From assembly GCA_965217115.1 (NCBI GenBank), contig OZ244239.1, forward strand, positions 832,001 through 896,000: DNA of 64,000 bases, written 5' to 3'. The first letter of the stretch is position 1. The number at the start of each line of letters is the position of its first letter. Below are positions 34,225 to 44,221 of this stretch, one piece after another. The translations under genes and the position numbers were made by a program. Origin of the DNA: Bdellovibrionales bacterium (lineage in GTDB: Bacteria > Bdellovibrionota > Bdellovibrionia > Bdellovibrionales > CAYMLA01). The notes under the pieces are model-generated. The model had not been told where the DNA came from. It was given only the letters and a program-made list of their open reading frames with translations, and did no database searches.

Positions 34225-35836
34225 ATTTCTCAATGGCCCTATGGCTGGGCAAATTATCAATCTCAAACCAGGGAAAAATATTCTCGGGCGTGGAACTCAA
34301 TGTGATATCAAAATATCCCATAAAGGTATTTCTAAAGAGCATCTAGTAATAGATGTCCTTGAAGATAAATTAATTTTTAAAGATTTGGTTTCTCGCAATG
34401 GATCATTTATTAACGGTGTAAGAATTGAACATGGCCTTATACAGTCAGGCGATAAAATTAGCCTTCATGAGACTCTTATCGATGTTGTTCCCGCTCAACT
34501 TCAAGCTTCCCATCCACCGCTTGAAAGCTTCAGTGGTAATGCCGCTTTAGACTACCAAATGCCTCCTCCAGAAAACCAGCAATCTCCTCAAGCCCAAGAT
34601 TTCGAACATCTAGATATCAATCACACAGATCATATCAACGATTTAGAGATGAATGCCTCAGAAAGTAACGTTAAAAATATTTGGGCTAGAATTCATGATT
34701 ATATAGAGTACGTCATTATGCCTGGAATTTACAAACTACCCACACTTGTTGATTTTCGTCTTGTCATTGCTGGGTTTCTTGGACTCTTTATCATCATTGT
34801 CACATTTCTCTCTGCTATTCCAATGGCACAATTAACAAAATCCAGTATTCAAAAAGAGAGTCGACGTCGCACTATGACCATCGCTCGTAGTTTAGCCCAG
34901 GCTAATCATCAAGCTCTTCTACAAAACCAAGAATCCTCTCTTGACACAAGTGCTGCTGAACTTGAAGAAGGAGTTACTAATGCTCTCATTATTTCCCACA
35001 CCGACGGGTCTATCCTCGCCCCTGCCACTCAAGCTGGGGAGTACCAAGATCTTCCCTTTATCCACAGAGCCCGAAGAGAAAGCAAAGAACTCGTTGAACA
35101 ACTGAATAGCTCTACTATTGGTGCCAGTGTTCCTATCTCCTACTACGACGCAAATATGGGCAGCTATCGAATTAAAGCCCATGCGATCGTTCTCTATAAT
35201 ATGGGTACTCTAGCTGTTGATGATGGACGAGCGCTCAGTCTATTTGTGCAAACTCTTTTTATCGCCCTCATCTTTGGAGCTGTTCTTTTCTTTTTTATTT
35301 ATAAACTTATGGAATTTCCTATTCTAGCTCTCAATCAAAAGCTAGATACAGCCCTTAAAGAAGGGCAAGATAGCACTGAAGTTGATTTTAAATTACCAGT
35401 CTTGCAAAAACTCATTACAAATATCAATAGCCTTCTATCTCGTTCACTCAATGATGAACCCAACGATTTTCAATTTAGCAACAGAGATGCAGAGGCTGAA
35501 AATATTATACAGTTAATTGGTTATCCTGCCATTGCTTTTAGCTCTCAAAATACTATTATTGCTGTCAACGAGTCCTTTGAATCAATAACAGAACAACAGG
35601 CCTTTCAATTACAAAACAAGTCCATTGAAGCCCTGCCTGATCAAGCATTGCAGCTTAATTTAAAAGACCTGCTTGAGAGATCAGAAGAGCAACCTTCATT
35701 GATTGTTACTAATAATTTAAATATCTCAGGAGAGGAATACCAGATTCACTGTCAAAGCATTTGTGGCACAGGACAAAATATAGATTATTATCTCATGTCT
35801 CTAGTCCCCATATATAATGATGACGGAGGCATATGA
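34211..35836 (+). CDS. FHA-domain membrane protein with periplasmic region and C-terminal PAS-like domain
   Basis: FHA motifs GR...SKEH...SRNG; two TM segments; C-terminal I.YPAIAF..QNTIIAVNESFE (PAS-like). Confidence 0.8.
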   Translation: MWAVRFLNGPMAGQIINLKPGKNILGRGTQCDIKISHKGISKEHLVIDVLEDKLIFKDLVSRNGSFINGVRIEHGLIQSGDKISLHETLIDVVPAQLQASHPPLESFSGNAALDYQMPPPENQQSPQAQDFEHLDINHTDHINDLEMNASESNVKNIWARIHDYIEYVIMPGIYKLPTLVDFRLVIAGFLGLFIIIVTFLSAIPMAQLTKSSIQKESRRRTMTIARSLAQANHQALLQNQESSLDTSAAELEEGVTNALIISHTDGSILAPATQAGEYQDLPFIHRARRESKELVEQLNSSTIGASVPISYYDANMGSYRIKAHAIVLYNMGTLAVDDGRALSLFVQTLFIALIFGAVLFFFIYKLMEFPILALNQKLDTALKEGQDSTEVDFKLPVLQKLITNINSLLSRSLNDEPNDFQFSNRDAEAENIIQLIGYPAIAFSSQNTIIAVNESFESITEQQAFQLQNKSIEALPDQALQLNLKDLLERSEEQPSLIVTNNLNISGEEYQIHCQSICGTGQNIDYYLMSLVPIYNDDGGI

Positions 35837-36801
35837 GTCAGACTGCCTGTAAAATAATTCCCTCATCATCGACCCTCACTATCACTAGAGGTCCCCACAA
35901 AGGACAATCTTTTTCTGTTGGTGAAAATCCTCTAACTATAGGGCGAGGCTCCAACAGTGATATCATCGTCCAAGATGACCCCCGTTGTAGTCGTCAACAT
36001 GTAAAAATATCTTATTTCAACCAGCAATTTCAAATAGAAAATATTAGTGCTAAAAATCACGTTCTTGTTAATAATGAGCCTGCACAAAAAAAGATTCTCA
36101 AAAATGAAGATCGTATTCTTATCGGTAATACAGAATTACAATTTTCTTTAAAAATGGCTTACGCTAAAGTGGCACCCAACATCTCTGAGGTACCCCCTCC
36201 CCGTCAACAACCTCAAGCTAAAAGACAGGGTGAAATTCCACAAAAAAATAACACTCGTGGAGGACGTCTACGATTCTATGCTATTATTGGAGTTATTGCT
36301 TTATTCGTTTTTTATCTTATATTAGAAGATAAAAATAAAAAAAACGACCCGAACAAACTCGAACTTCGCACATCAGAACAAGTGCAAATGGACTTGGAAG
36401 AATCTATTCAAAACAAAAAAAATTACACGAACCAACTTCAAGATCAAGAAAAAGACACTTCTCAGTATCGAAGTTCACAAACCTACTACTTAAAGGGTTT
36501 TCGTGATTATCGTCAAGGACATTATAAGATGGCTATGCAAGAGTTCAGTGCTGCCCTATCTGTTTTTCCTAAACATTTGCTCGCAAAAAAATACTACGCA
36601 CTTGCAAGAAGAAAATTTAATGAACTCATTCAATTCAATATGATTCAAGGACGACGTTATAAAAGCAAACATAATTACCGATTGTGTAAATCAGCTTTTA
36701 TCAGTGTTCTTCGTATGTCGAACAAACCAAATGAGCCTATATATAAAGAAGCTAAAACTCTATTTGACGAGTGTAATAAGCTCTCCGAAGGGAGGTATTA
36801 A
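35833..36801 (+). CDS. FHA-domain / TM / TPR-like protein
   Basis: IGRG...SRQH FHA, single TM, YYLKGFRDYRQGHY.MA helical repeat. Confidence 0.8.
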   Translation: MSQTACKIIPSSSTLTITRGPHKGQSFSVGENPLTIGRGSNSDIIVQDDPRCSRQHVKISYFNQQFQIENISAKNHVLVNNEPAQKKILKNEDRILIGNTELQFSLKMAYAKVAPNISEVPPPRQQPQAKRQGEIPQKNNTRGGRLRFYAIIGVIALFVFYLILEDKNKKNDPNKLELRTSEQVQMDLEESIQNKKNYTNQLQDQEKDTSQYRSSQTYYLKGFRDYRQGHYKMAMQEFSAALSVFPKHLLAKKYYALARRKFNELIQFNMIQGRRYKSKHNYRLCKSAFISVLRMSNKPNEPIYKEAKTLFDECNKLSEGRY

Positions 36802-36803
36802 TT

Positions 36804-38837
36804 ATGGCTCGCCTTAGGATCTATCTTCATGGTAAGTTCGTAAAAGAACTCCCTTTGAATGAAAATCAATCTTACACGGGAGGACGAGAGAGTCACTGCG
36901 ACATTGTTCTAGATGCTGAAAAATCTATTTCACGTCAACACTTTAGGTTAGAGTATAAAGACCCCTTTTGGTATTTAGAGAACATATCAAAATACGGAGA
37001 GGTTTTTATTGAAAATGAGAGCGTCTCTTCTATTAAATTTGAATCGGATATCTCTTTTATTATCTCTTCCTACTCCTTTTCTTTTTTCTTTGAAGACGAA
37101 CACGATGACAGAGATCATAACGAAAAATCACTTGTCATTAAACATCCTGAATCACATGCCCCTGTCCCCTTCGTATCAGAACAACAAGAGGATGATTTTG
37201 CTAATAATGAATTTCAAGGCGATAATGAAGGAACCTTCGTCGGATCAGTACAACTTATTCCCCATCTGCGTTTTGTTAATGATCAGCAAATCACGCAAAA
37301 AATCATACGCCTAGAAGGTGATACCTGGGTTGCGGGGCGAGATGAACACTGCCACATACACATTGACGATAAAAAGGTCAGCCGTCGACAATTTGAAATA
37401 CGCCACATCAATGGTCAATACCTTATACGAGATCTCGGTAGTGTTAATGGAACTCTTGTTAACAATCAACGTATTTCATCTGAACAGCCTTATCCACTGA
37501 CAAGCGGCTCTGTTATATCAGTTTTAAATCATCACATGTACTTTGAAATAAAGGATGAGTCTTTTTCTGAAAAAATAGAAACGATTCACCCCTCTCTGCT
37601 CCTACAACCCTACTCATCACAACCTCAACAAGCCTTAACTTCTGCTGCCTCTTCTTCACAATCATCTGAATTCCCTATTACTGATAACCAAGCCCTACCT
37701 CTCTCCATACCTCCCATTACATTTTCTGACTTAAATCCTAAAAAGTGGGATTCTTTAAGGTTAGAGCAGCGTCTGCAACAATTTGATTTAAGACAACATA
37801 GATTTCGTCTTGTTCTAATCACTCTTATTGTCTTTATTCTTATTGGCTCTTTGTTTACTCCCCCACCTGAAGAGAAAAAAGAGGCGACTCAGATAGTCAC
37901 AAACGACCCCTTCACACAACTCCCATTGGAAAAACAAGAGCTTATCAAACACTCCTTACAACTCGCAAATAATCTGTATATGCAAGCAAAATACGAACTT
38001 GCAGCCGCTGAAATTAGAAAAATCCATGACTTAATTCCTCAGTATGAAAACTCTAAGGAACTTGAAGAACTTTCTATGCAGGCTCTTGATACTATCAAAA
38101 AACAAGAACTTCTTGAGAGACAAGCACAGCAGGAGGCCGAATTACATCAAAAAATATCAAACATTCTTTTTAAATGTAAAAATATCCTACAAAAAATTAA
38201 ATCCTCTTCAGAAATAAAGGCATGTCTCTCTGAAGCTCAACAACTAGACCCTGAAAACATAGAAATCCAACACCTCATATTAGAGGCACAAGAAAAAGAA
38301 GCTGAATATAAAAGAAAACAAGATGAGAGAAAAAAATATCATCATAAAATCGTCAAAGGTCAGAATATATTTAGGCAAGCTAAGGATTTACATCAGAAAG
38401 GAAAATTTCTTTCTGCACGAAAAATTTACCATCGCTTACTAAAATCAGGCCTTCCCGACCCCAGTGGTCTTAAAGTTATTGCACGCAGAAAAATAGCCTC
38501 CATCGAAATATCTATTTCAAACAAAATTCGTCAAATTATTAGTGATAGTGAACAAGCCTATCAAAGTGGTGCATTTAAAAAGGCCTTAAAGTTTTTGGAA
38601 CAATCTTCTGAAGTTGATCCTGAAAATAAAATCATTTTACAAAAAATAACTTCTATCAAAAAAGATCTAGAGAAAAAAATGCAAAATCTTTACCAAGAAA
38701 GCGTTCTTGAAGAGGCTCTTGGTAAGGTTGACGACGCACTTTCTGGTTGGGAGAAAATTATCGAACAAGATCACGAAACTGGTAAATACTATAAAAAAGC
38801 ATATATCAAGCTCAAAAAGTATGGAAGAAATCCATGA
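36804..38837 (+). CDS. tandem-FHA / TM / TPR-like protein
   Basis: Two FHA domains (GGRE...SRQH; AGRD...SRRQ...GSVNGT), a TM, TPR-like helices (A..LDPEN x2). Confidence 0.8.
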   Translation: MARLRIYLHGKFVKELPLNENQSYTGGRESHCDIVLDAEKSISRQHFRLEYKDPFWYLENISKYGEVFIENESVSSIKFESDISFIISSYSFSFFFEDEHDDRDHNEKSLVIKHPESHAPVPFVSEQQEDDFANNEFQGDNEGTFVGSVQLIPHLRFVNDQQITQKIIRLEGDTWVAGRDEHCHIHIDDKKVSRRQFEIRHINGQYLIRDLGSVNGTLVNNQRISSEQPYPLTSGSVISVLNHHMYFEIKDESFSEKIETIHPSLLLQPYSSQPQQALTSAASSSQSSEFPITDNQALPLSIPPITFSDLNPKKWDSLRLEQRLQQFDLRQHRFRLVLITLIVFILIGSLFTPPPEEKKEATQIVTNDPFTQLPLEKQELIKHSLQLANNLYMQAKYELAAAEIRKIHDLIPQYENSKELEELSMQALDTIKKQELLERQAQQEAELHQKISNILFKCKNILQKIKSSSEIKACLSEAQQLDPENIEIQHLILEAQEKEAEYKRKQDERKKYHHKIVKGQNIFRQAKDLHQKGKFLSARKIYHRLLKSGLPDPSGLKVIARRKIASIEISISNKIRQIISDSEQAYQSGAFKKALKFLEQSSEVDPENKIILQKITSIKKDLEKKMQNLYQESVLEEALGKVDDALSGWEKIIEQDHETGKYYKKAYIKLKKYGRNP

Positions 38838-39526
38838 TTCTGCAGCAAAGAAATTATAAAGGCCAGTTTTCATATCCACAGCCTATTATTTTCAATGATG
38901 AAAACCATCTCTTAACTGTTATTGCTCTACCATGGGGCAATAGCGATATCACGGAGCAGGGGCTACAGGTTTTTTCTGATTATTACCTCTCTTCCTTAGA
39001 TGATGTGGAGTCTACCTCTCTTTTTGAAAAACTCTCTTGCTTTAGCGACACTCTTAACAATCTGAGAATTGCAGCCCTCTTAACCAATGATTATATTTAC
39101 AAACACCACAACTCTTCTAATCTCTTAGGAGCTATGGAATTTCTTGCCATAGCTCATACTAAAAATCAAATATCTTGGATTAAAGTAGGCGGTCCTAATA
39201 TCTTTCTTTGTCGTAGAGAACAAAACATCTCTCCTCTTGCTGTGTCCTTTAGTTTGCAAGAAGAGCTCACATCTTGTGTTTCTCCTTTACCCAAGAATCT
39301 TCTTGGTGTTGAAAAGCACTGTAATATGATGTTAGATAGCTTTATTTTACAAGAGAATGACCATCTTATTCTTACTACTAAAAACTGCTTACAAACGGAT
39401 TTCTATTCTTCATCTTCACAGAATAGAGAATTGCAAAATATCTCTAGTCTTATTACAAGTGCAGATCCCAAACAACCTTTCTGGATTGGCCTGTATGAAC
39501 CTCCTGTGGATTCCCTCTCTAGATAA
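38834..39526 (+). CDS. PP2C/SpoIIE-fold-like protein, apparently degenerate
   Basis: Layout L..A...TN..IY...GAME...W..VG....L.R...LLG...L...D.LIL resembles PP2C, but the DG metal-binding motifs are absent. Confidence 0.5.
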   Translation: MILQQRNYKGQFSYPQPIIFNDENHLLTVIALPWGNSDITEQGLQVFSDYYLSSLDDVESTSLFEKLSCFSDTLNNLRIAALLTNDYIYKHHNSSNLLGAMEFLAIAHTKNQISWIKVGGPNIFLCRREQNISPLAVSFSLQEELTSCVSPLPKNLLGVEKHCNMMLDSFILQENDHLILTTKNCLQTDFYSSSSQNRELQNISSLITSADPKQPFWIGLYEPPVDSLSR

Positions 39527-39543
39527 TGAAATTAAATGGCCCC

Positions 39544-41352
39544 TCAAAAAAAGCTCTTTTGAGCACGCTTTTCTATTATTTCCGTAACCCACCTATACTC
39601 TGGTAAACTCAATATTACATCTATATCGGATGCTCCATAATTTTTCGTCATATCTATATCCCAAGAGAACCCTGCTTGAATATTCAGGTGACCTATCTGA
39701 GTGTCCATTTTATTTCTAAAATAACTTCCTAAAAACGCCTCTTTTTTTCTTTTTCTTACAGAAGAACCCTTCTTTTCTTGGATCCATTGAGAAAATTTAA
39801 TAATGACGAGATCATTACAGTGACGGAAAAGCATTCTTTCTTTTTTCTTTTTTCCTAGAAGATCTAAACAACCTTCTCGTGGAAAAGAACTCTCTTCATG
39901 TAAGTGAAATTCTGCAACTGCTTCCCATACAGTATCTTTAAATTTTTTACCTAACTTTTTTAATTCTAACCATTTTTTTTTCTTTAAAAGAAATAGCACT
40001 AACCAGCTAGCTATTTGTTTATCCTTAGGGTTCTTGAGATTTAGCGCTCTAATGTCTCTGTAGTCCTCATCACTAAAATATCCTTTACCAAAAACCTGAC
40101 TTGCAATGTGATATTTTTCAAGGGCCTCAGAATTTTCTGAATCCCAAAATAAAAAACCTTTAGTCTGAAGAAATGGCTGCATCTTTTTAAGAAAATCAAC
40201 ATAAATTCTATCATTAGATGAGACAGGGGAAACCTCAAAATGATCTACAAAGGAGTTATATAATTTTGGAGAAGACTCATGAAAGTACAAAAAAGGGCCT
40301 TGTCGTAAAGTAAAACGACTCTCTCCTAACCCCCTCCACTGACTCCACCCTGATTCAGTCAATATGATTTTTTTTTCTATATGTTTTTCTATGCTTTTTC
40401 CTTTTTTATTAAAAACATCATTTTTTAAAGAAGATGTCTTTAAAAAAAAATCCGTCCTCTTAGGTAAGGCTAAGTCCAAGCTATCAAATAAAAAATTTCC
40501 AACATCTATCAGAGACACATTGCGATCCTCCTTCCACTGCAAGCCTGTGTCTCTTTTCTTGCTTTGAGGCTTGATCAATAAAGCGACTTGAGTGTTTTCA
40601 CTGAACAAATTAAAACTTTTAATTTCATTCCATTTACTGTTTTTTAATCTGCCATTAAGACCGACAAGAACAACCACTGTATTATGCCAACGATTCATTT
40701 TTTTTAATTGACTCCACAACCAAGAAAGCGATTCATCCAGCTCCTCTAATTGTCCTTTATAAGATTTTTCTCTAATTTTTCCTAAACCTGAGATCGTTTC
40801 TTTTGAAGGAAATTGTAAATCAGGAATATAAATAACAGAGAAAAAGCGCTGTCTCCCCATATTTTTTAGCCAAGAAGCGAACAACTCAAAGTTTGTACTT
40901 GCGTCTCGATAATAATTTCCAATTCCTACGGGAATTTGATCATTAAACACCTCAAACCCTTGATTAATACCCGATTTACTCCAAACAGGAACTCCTCCAG
41001 AGAAAAAGCTTGTCCGAATTCCCTTATTCAAGGCCTTCTCGGCAACGGTTTGATAGCGACTAGATAAATATTGATCGCCGTTATGCCATAAATTAATTTC
41101 TGATGGATAACGTGCTGTTAATAAAGACCCGAGGGCTGGCTGTTGTAATACAGATGTTGTGTAAGCATGGGTAAAACGCACTGACTCTTTACAAAAAGAA
41201 TGTAGCCCTTTGAAGCTCGCTTCACAATTAACTTCATCTACTGGCAATGAATCCACTGCTAAAAGTAAAACAGAAGGAGCTTCTTCATCACTCCAGCCAC
41301 AACCCGACTGAACCAAAGTCCATATTAATAGAAGTAAAATAGCGCTTCGCAA
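39544..41352 (-). CDS. sulfatase-like (alkaline phosphatase superfamily) exported protein
   Basis: PSVLLLAVDSL, RFTHAYT, P...SLLTARYP, QGFEVFND, LD..L...L, VSLIDV. Confidence 0.75.
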   Translation of the reverse strand: MRSAILLLLIWTLVQSGCGWSDEEAPSVLLLAVDSLPVDEVNCEASFKGLHSFCKESVRFTHAYTTSVLQQPALGSLLTARYPSEINLWHNGDQYLSSRYQTVAEKALNKGIRTSFFSGGVPVWSKSGINQGFEVFNDQIPVGIGNYYRDASTNFELFASWLKNMGRQRFFSVIYIPDLQFPSKETISGLGKIREKSYKGQLEELDESLSWLWSQLKKMNRWHNTVVVLVGLNGRLKNSKWNEIKSFNLFSENTQVALLIKPQSKKRDTGLQWKEDRNVSLIDVGNFLFDSLDLALPKRTDFFLKTSSLKNDVFNKKGKSIEKHIEKKIILTESGWSQWRGLGESRFTLRQGPFLYFHESSPKLYNSFVDHFEVSPVSSNDRIYVDFLKKMQPFLQTKGFLFWDSENSEALEKYHIASQVFGKGYFSDEDYRDIRALNLKNPKDKQIASWLVLFLLKKKKWLELKKLGKKFKDTVWEAVAEFHLHEESSFPREGCLDLLGKKKKERMLFRHCNDLVIIKFSQWIQEKKGSSVRKRKKEAFLGSYFRNKMDTQIGHLNIQAGFSWDIDMTKNYGASDIDVILSLPEYRWVTEIIEKRAQKSFF

Positions 41353-41482
41353 GTCAATTCTCCATGCACATATACTTTTTATTGTTTATTTTTTACACTA
41401 TACTAGTATTAACAACTCAGAGACAATATTTAAGACACAGAGGGCCTGTAATAATATTATCTTCAGATAAAAGGAATTTATC

Positions 41483-42112
41483 ATGTTAACTCAAAAAATT
41501 TTTTCTTTTGCACAATCAGCTGATGAGGCGATTTTGGCCTTTCTACTACTTCTAAGCTGTATCAGTATAGGCCTCATCTTAGAAAGATTCTTTACACTCC
41601 GTCGCGTGAAGAATGAGAGTGATCTCATAAAGAAGAGAATCTCTCTCGCTCTACAAACATACAGTCTTGAAAGTATCGAAGATATTGCTCATCAGCTCCA
41701 CACCCTTGAAGGCCGAGCACTTTCATATGCTCTGAAACACCTCAAAGAAACTGGCTCTAAAGGGCTTGAAGAAATTTTTAATGCTTTCGTTTATCTAGAA
41801 AAACCAAAATTAGATCGTTATCTCAGTTTTCTTGCCACTGTTGGGTCAACAGCTCCTTTTATTGGTCTCTTAGGAACTGTTCTCGGTATTATGAAAGCCT
41901 TTAATGACCTGGCTTTAGCCAATGAAGCTGGACAAGCTACCGTTATGGCTGGAATTTCAGTTGCTCTTGTCGCCACTGCCGTTGGACTGTTTGTCGCAAT
42001 TCCTGCAATCGTCGCATACAATTATTATCAACGCCAAGTAAAATCCATTTTAATGAACTTAGAGGGCATCAAAGAGATTTGCTCTGCCTACGCTGCTAAA
42101 AAGGGACTTTAA
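41483..42112 (+). CDS. MotA/TolQ/ExbB proton channel
   Basis: LATVGSTAPFIGLLGTVLGIM.AF, GISVALVATAVGL.VAIPA. Confidence 0.93.
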   Translation: MLTQKIFSFAQSADEAILAFLLLLSCISIGLILERFFTLRRVKNESDLIKKRISLALQTYSLESIEDIAHQLHTLEGRALSYALKHLKETGSKGLEEIFNAFVYLEKPKLDRYLSFLATVGSTAPFIGLLGTVLGIMKAFNDLALANEAGQATVMAGISVALVATAVGLFVAIPAIVAYNYYQRQVKSILMNLEGIKEICSAYAAKKGL

Positions 42113-42520
42113 ATGGCTGGAGGTTTTCACAATTCAGACGATGATCCTATTGCTGAAATTAACATTGTTCCACTAGTTGATATTATACTTGTTGTACTTA
42201 TTATTTTTATGGTCACTGCTCCAATGATCATGAAACCAAGCATCAATGTAAAACTTCCAAAAGCAGTCAGCGGTGAAAGCACCAAAGCGTCAAAACTTCA
42301 CATCACTGTTGGAATTAATAATGTATTGTTTTTAAACGGTAAAAAAATCACCTTAAATAAAATCGGTAGCTTTTCACGGAAACAAGTGAGTAAAAATCCC
42401 GATGTCCAAGCAATCATTGCTGCTGATGAGAAGGTGCCACATGGGCGTGTTGTTCAAGTTTTAGACAAGGTTAAAGCCTCTGGCGTCAGAAAATTTGCTA
42501 TCAGTATCGATAGAAAGTAA
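42113..42520 (+). CDS. ExbD/TolR family protein
   Basis: EINIVPLVDIILVVLIIFMVTAP, AD..VPHG.VV. Confidence 0.93.
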   Translation: MAGGFHNSDDDPIAEINIVPLVDIILVVLIIFMVTAPMIMKPSINVKLPKAVSGESTKASKLHITVGINNVLFLNGKKITLNKIGSFSRKQVSKNPDVQAIIAADEKVPHGRVVQVLDKVKASGVRKFAISIDRK

Positions 42521-42539
42521 TACTGCCTTGAACGAAAAC

Positions 42540-44126
42540 TCAAGATTTTAAGCGGACCTGAATTCCCAACAGACTACTAATAAGCACTAGGTACATGTAC
42601 GGGAAATACCCTCCGTACTTGGCAAAAAATGTTTTATTTTTTCCTTTTGCACTCTTTTTTATCGGAACATCCACTAATAATACCTCAGACTCTTGATACT
42701 TTCCACGCAAAACCTCTTCACCACCTACTGAAAATGCCCCGGAAATTCCTCCATTAGTTACTCTAATCACAGGACGGCGAAATTCAATCGACCGAGCCAT
42801 TGTCTTGTAATAATGTTGCCATGGTTCTGAACCTGAAAACCAATTATCATTCGTTAAATTAACTATCACTTCAGAACCCTTATCTACAAGACGGCGAAAG
42901 TGCTTATCAGAAAGGCTTTCGTAACATATCTGTGGTGACACATTAACTCCTGAAACTGAGTAGATTATCACTTCTTTACCTGCGCTAAGTCCATATTTTT
43001 TACCAAAAAACCTCCGACCTAAACTCAAAAAAACATCTCTCTCTGTTAACGACAGAAGGTAGTTTTTTTTATAGATACTCTCCAACACCCCATCATGCCT
43101 TAATATAGTTGCAGCATTAAATTTTTTTCCATTTTTCTCTTCCGCATATCCACCTGTGAGTAAATTAATTTTTTTTTCTTGTAAAAAACCTCGTAGCTTT
43201 TTATTAAATATCCCACCCCTATATCGTTCATTCAAGAATTCTGGCCAAGCTGTCTCTGGCAGAATCACAAGATCAATATTTTTATTTTTCTCTAAACCTT
43301 TTCTAATCCAATGCAATGTTTGATAAACAATCTGCTTCTGCCTTTCTCGATCAAAATCACGCCGCTTAAGCTCGTTACTTATATTTGGCTGAATCAAAAG
43401 TAAGCGCAAAGAAGAAACTTCTCTGGGAGTTTTTACATATTGAGAGTGTCTTTTCTTTAAGAAGGTCCCTAAAAAACTAAACAGAACAAAAACAAACACC
43501 AGCACTGATATTTTATTTATATAAAAACCCCATTTCTCTCTTTTCAAAAAATAAATATTAAAAAACATCTGAGAAAAAAAGGCATTCACAAAAATAGCTA
43601 TTCCTCCTAAACCTGCAAAACCCACCCATTCTGCTAAGTGGATAAAATTCCAGTGGGGCTTAGCGTGTTGCACCATTAGACCATCACCAAACTTCACTGA
43701 AAACACACGTAAAGGCCAAACATCTTCCCAAAAGAGAAATAAAAGTGCCAGGACTAAGGAACTTACAAAATATGACATTTTGACTCTCTCTCTAAAAAAC
43801 CACCAAATCACTCCTGCTATAGGAAGAAACAACCCCGCCATAAGAGAATAGATAAAATATATTATCCAACCGCTAGAACTCTCAATCTGACTAAACTCTT
43901 GAGCACTTTTAGGAATCCAATGGAATACGATAAGATGAATAATAAAACTCGTCAGACAGCCAGAAATAAAAACCTTCTTCCAGCCCTCAGAACACAACCA
44001 ATAGGTCAAAAGCGGGGTTAAACAGAAAAACAGCGCCCAAGAGGGAAAAGGCACATAGGAAAACCCTGTCATCAGTCCAGAGGATAGACACACAGAAAGT
44101 AATTTATTCCACTCTCTATTCCACAT
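42540..44126 (-). CDS. lnt: apolipoprotein N-acyltransferase
   Basis: IQPNI; catalytic E-K-C in LPETAWP, YKK, ICYE; NLTNDNWF, QH, R.IEFRRP..R..N.GIS. Confidence 0.9.
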   Translation of the reverse strand: MWNREWNKLLSVCLSSGLMTGFSYVPFPSWALFFCLTPLLTYWLCSEGWKKVFISGCLTSFIIHLIVFHWIPKSAQEFSQIESSSGWIIYFIYSLMAGLFLPIAGVIWWFFRERVKMSYFVSSLVLALLFLFWEDVWPLRVFSVKFGDGLMVQHAKPHWNFIHLAEWVGFAGLGGIAIFVNAFFSQMFFNIYFLKREKWGFYINKISVLVFVFVLFSFLGTFLKKRHSQYVKTPREVSSLRLLLIQPNISNELKRRDFDRERQKQIVYQTLHWIRKGLEKNKNIDLVILPETAWPEFLNERYRGGIFNKKLRGFLQEKKINLLTGGYAEEKNGKKFNAATILRHDGVLESIYKKNYLLSLTERDVFLSLGRRFFGKKYGLSAGKEVIIYSVSGVNVSPQICYESLSDKHFRRLVDKGSEVIVNLTNDNWFSGSEPWQHYYKTMARSIEFRRPVIRVTNGGISGAFSVGGEEVLRGKYQESEVLLVDVPIKKSAKGKNKTFFAKYGGYFPYMYLVLISSLLGIQVRLKS

Positions 44127-44145
44127 AGATTCGTATCCAATATAT

Positions 44146-44175
44146 AAAAAAAGGAGACTCTGTTAAGGGTCTCCT
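44146..44175 (-). terminator. intrinsic terminator after the Cys-rich gene
   Basis: aggagactc-tgttaa-gggtctcct hairpin with flanking A/T runs. Confidence 0.7.
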
Positions 44176-44221
44176 CTTTTTGTTCTTTCTCAATTAATAT
44201 CCTCTATGAATAATGTCAGTC

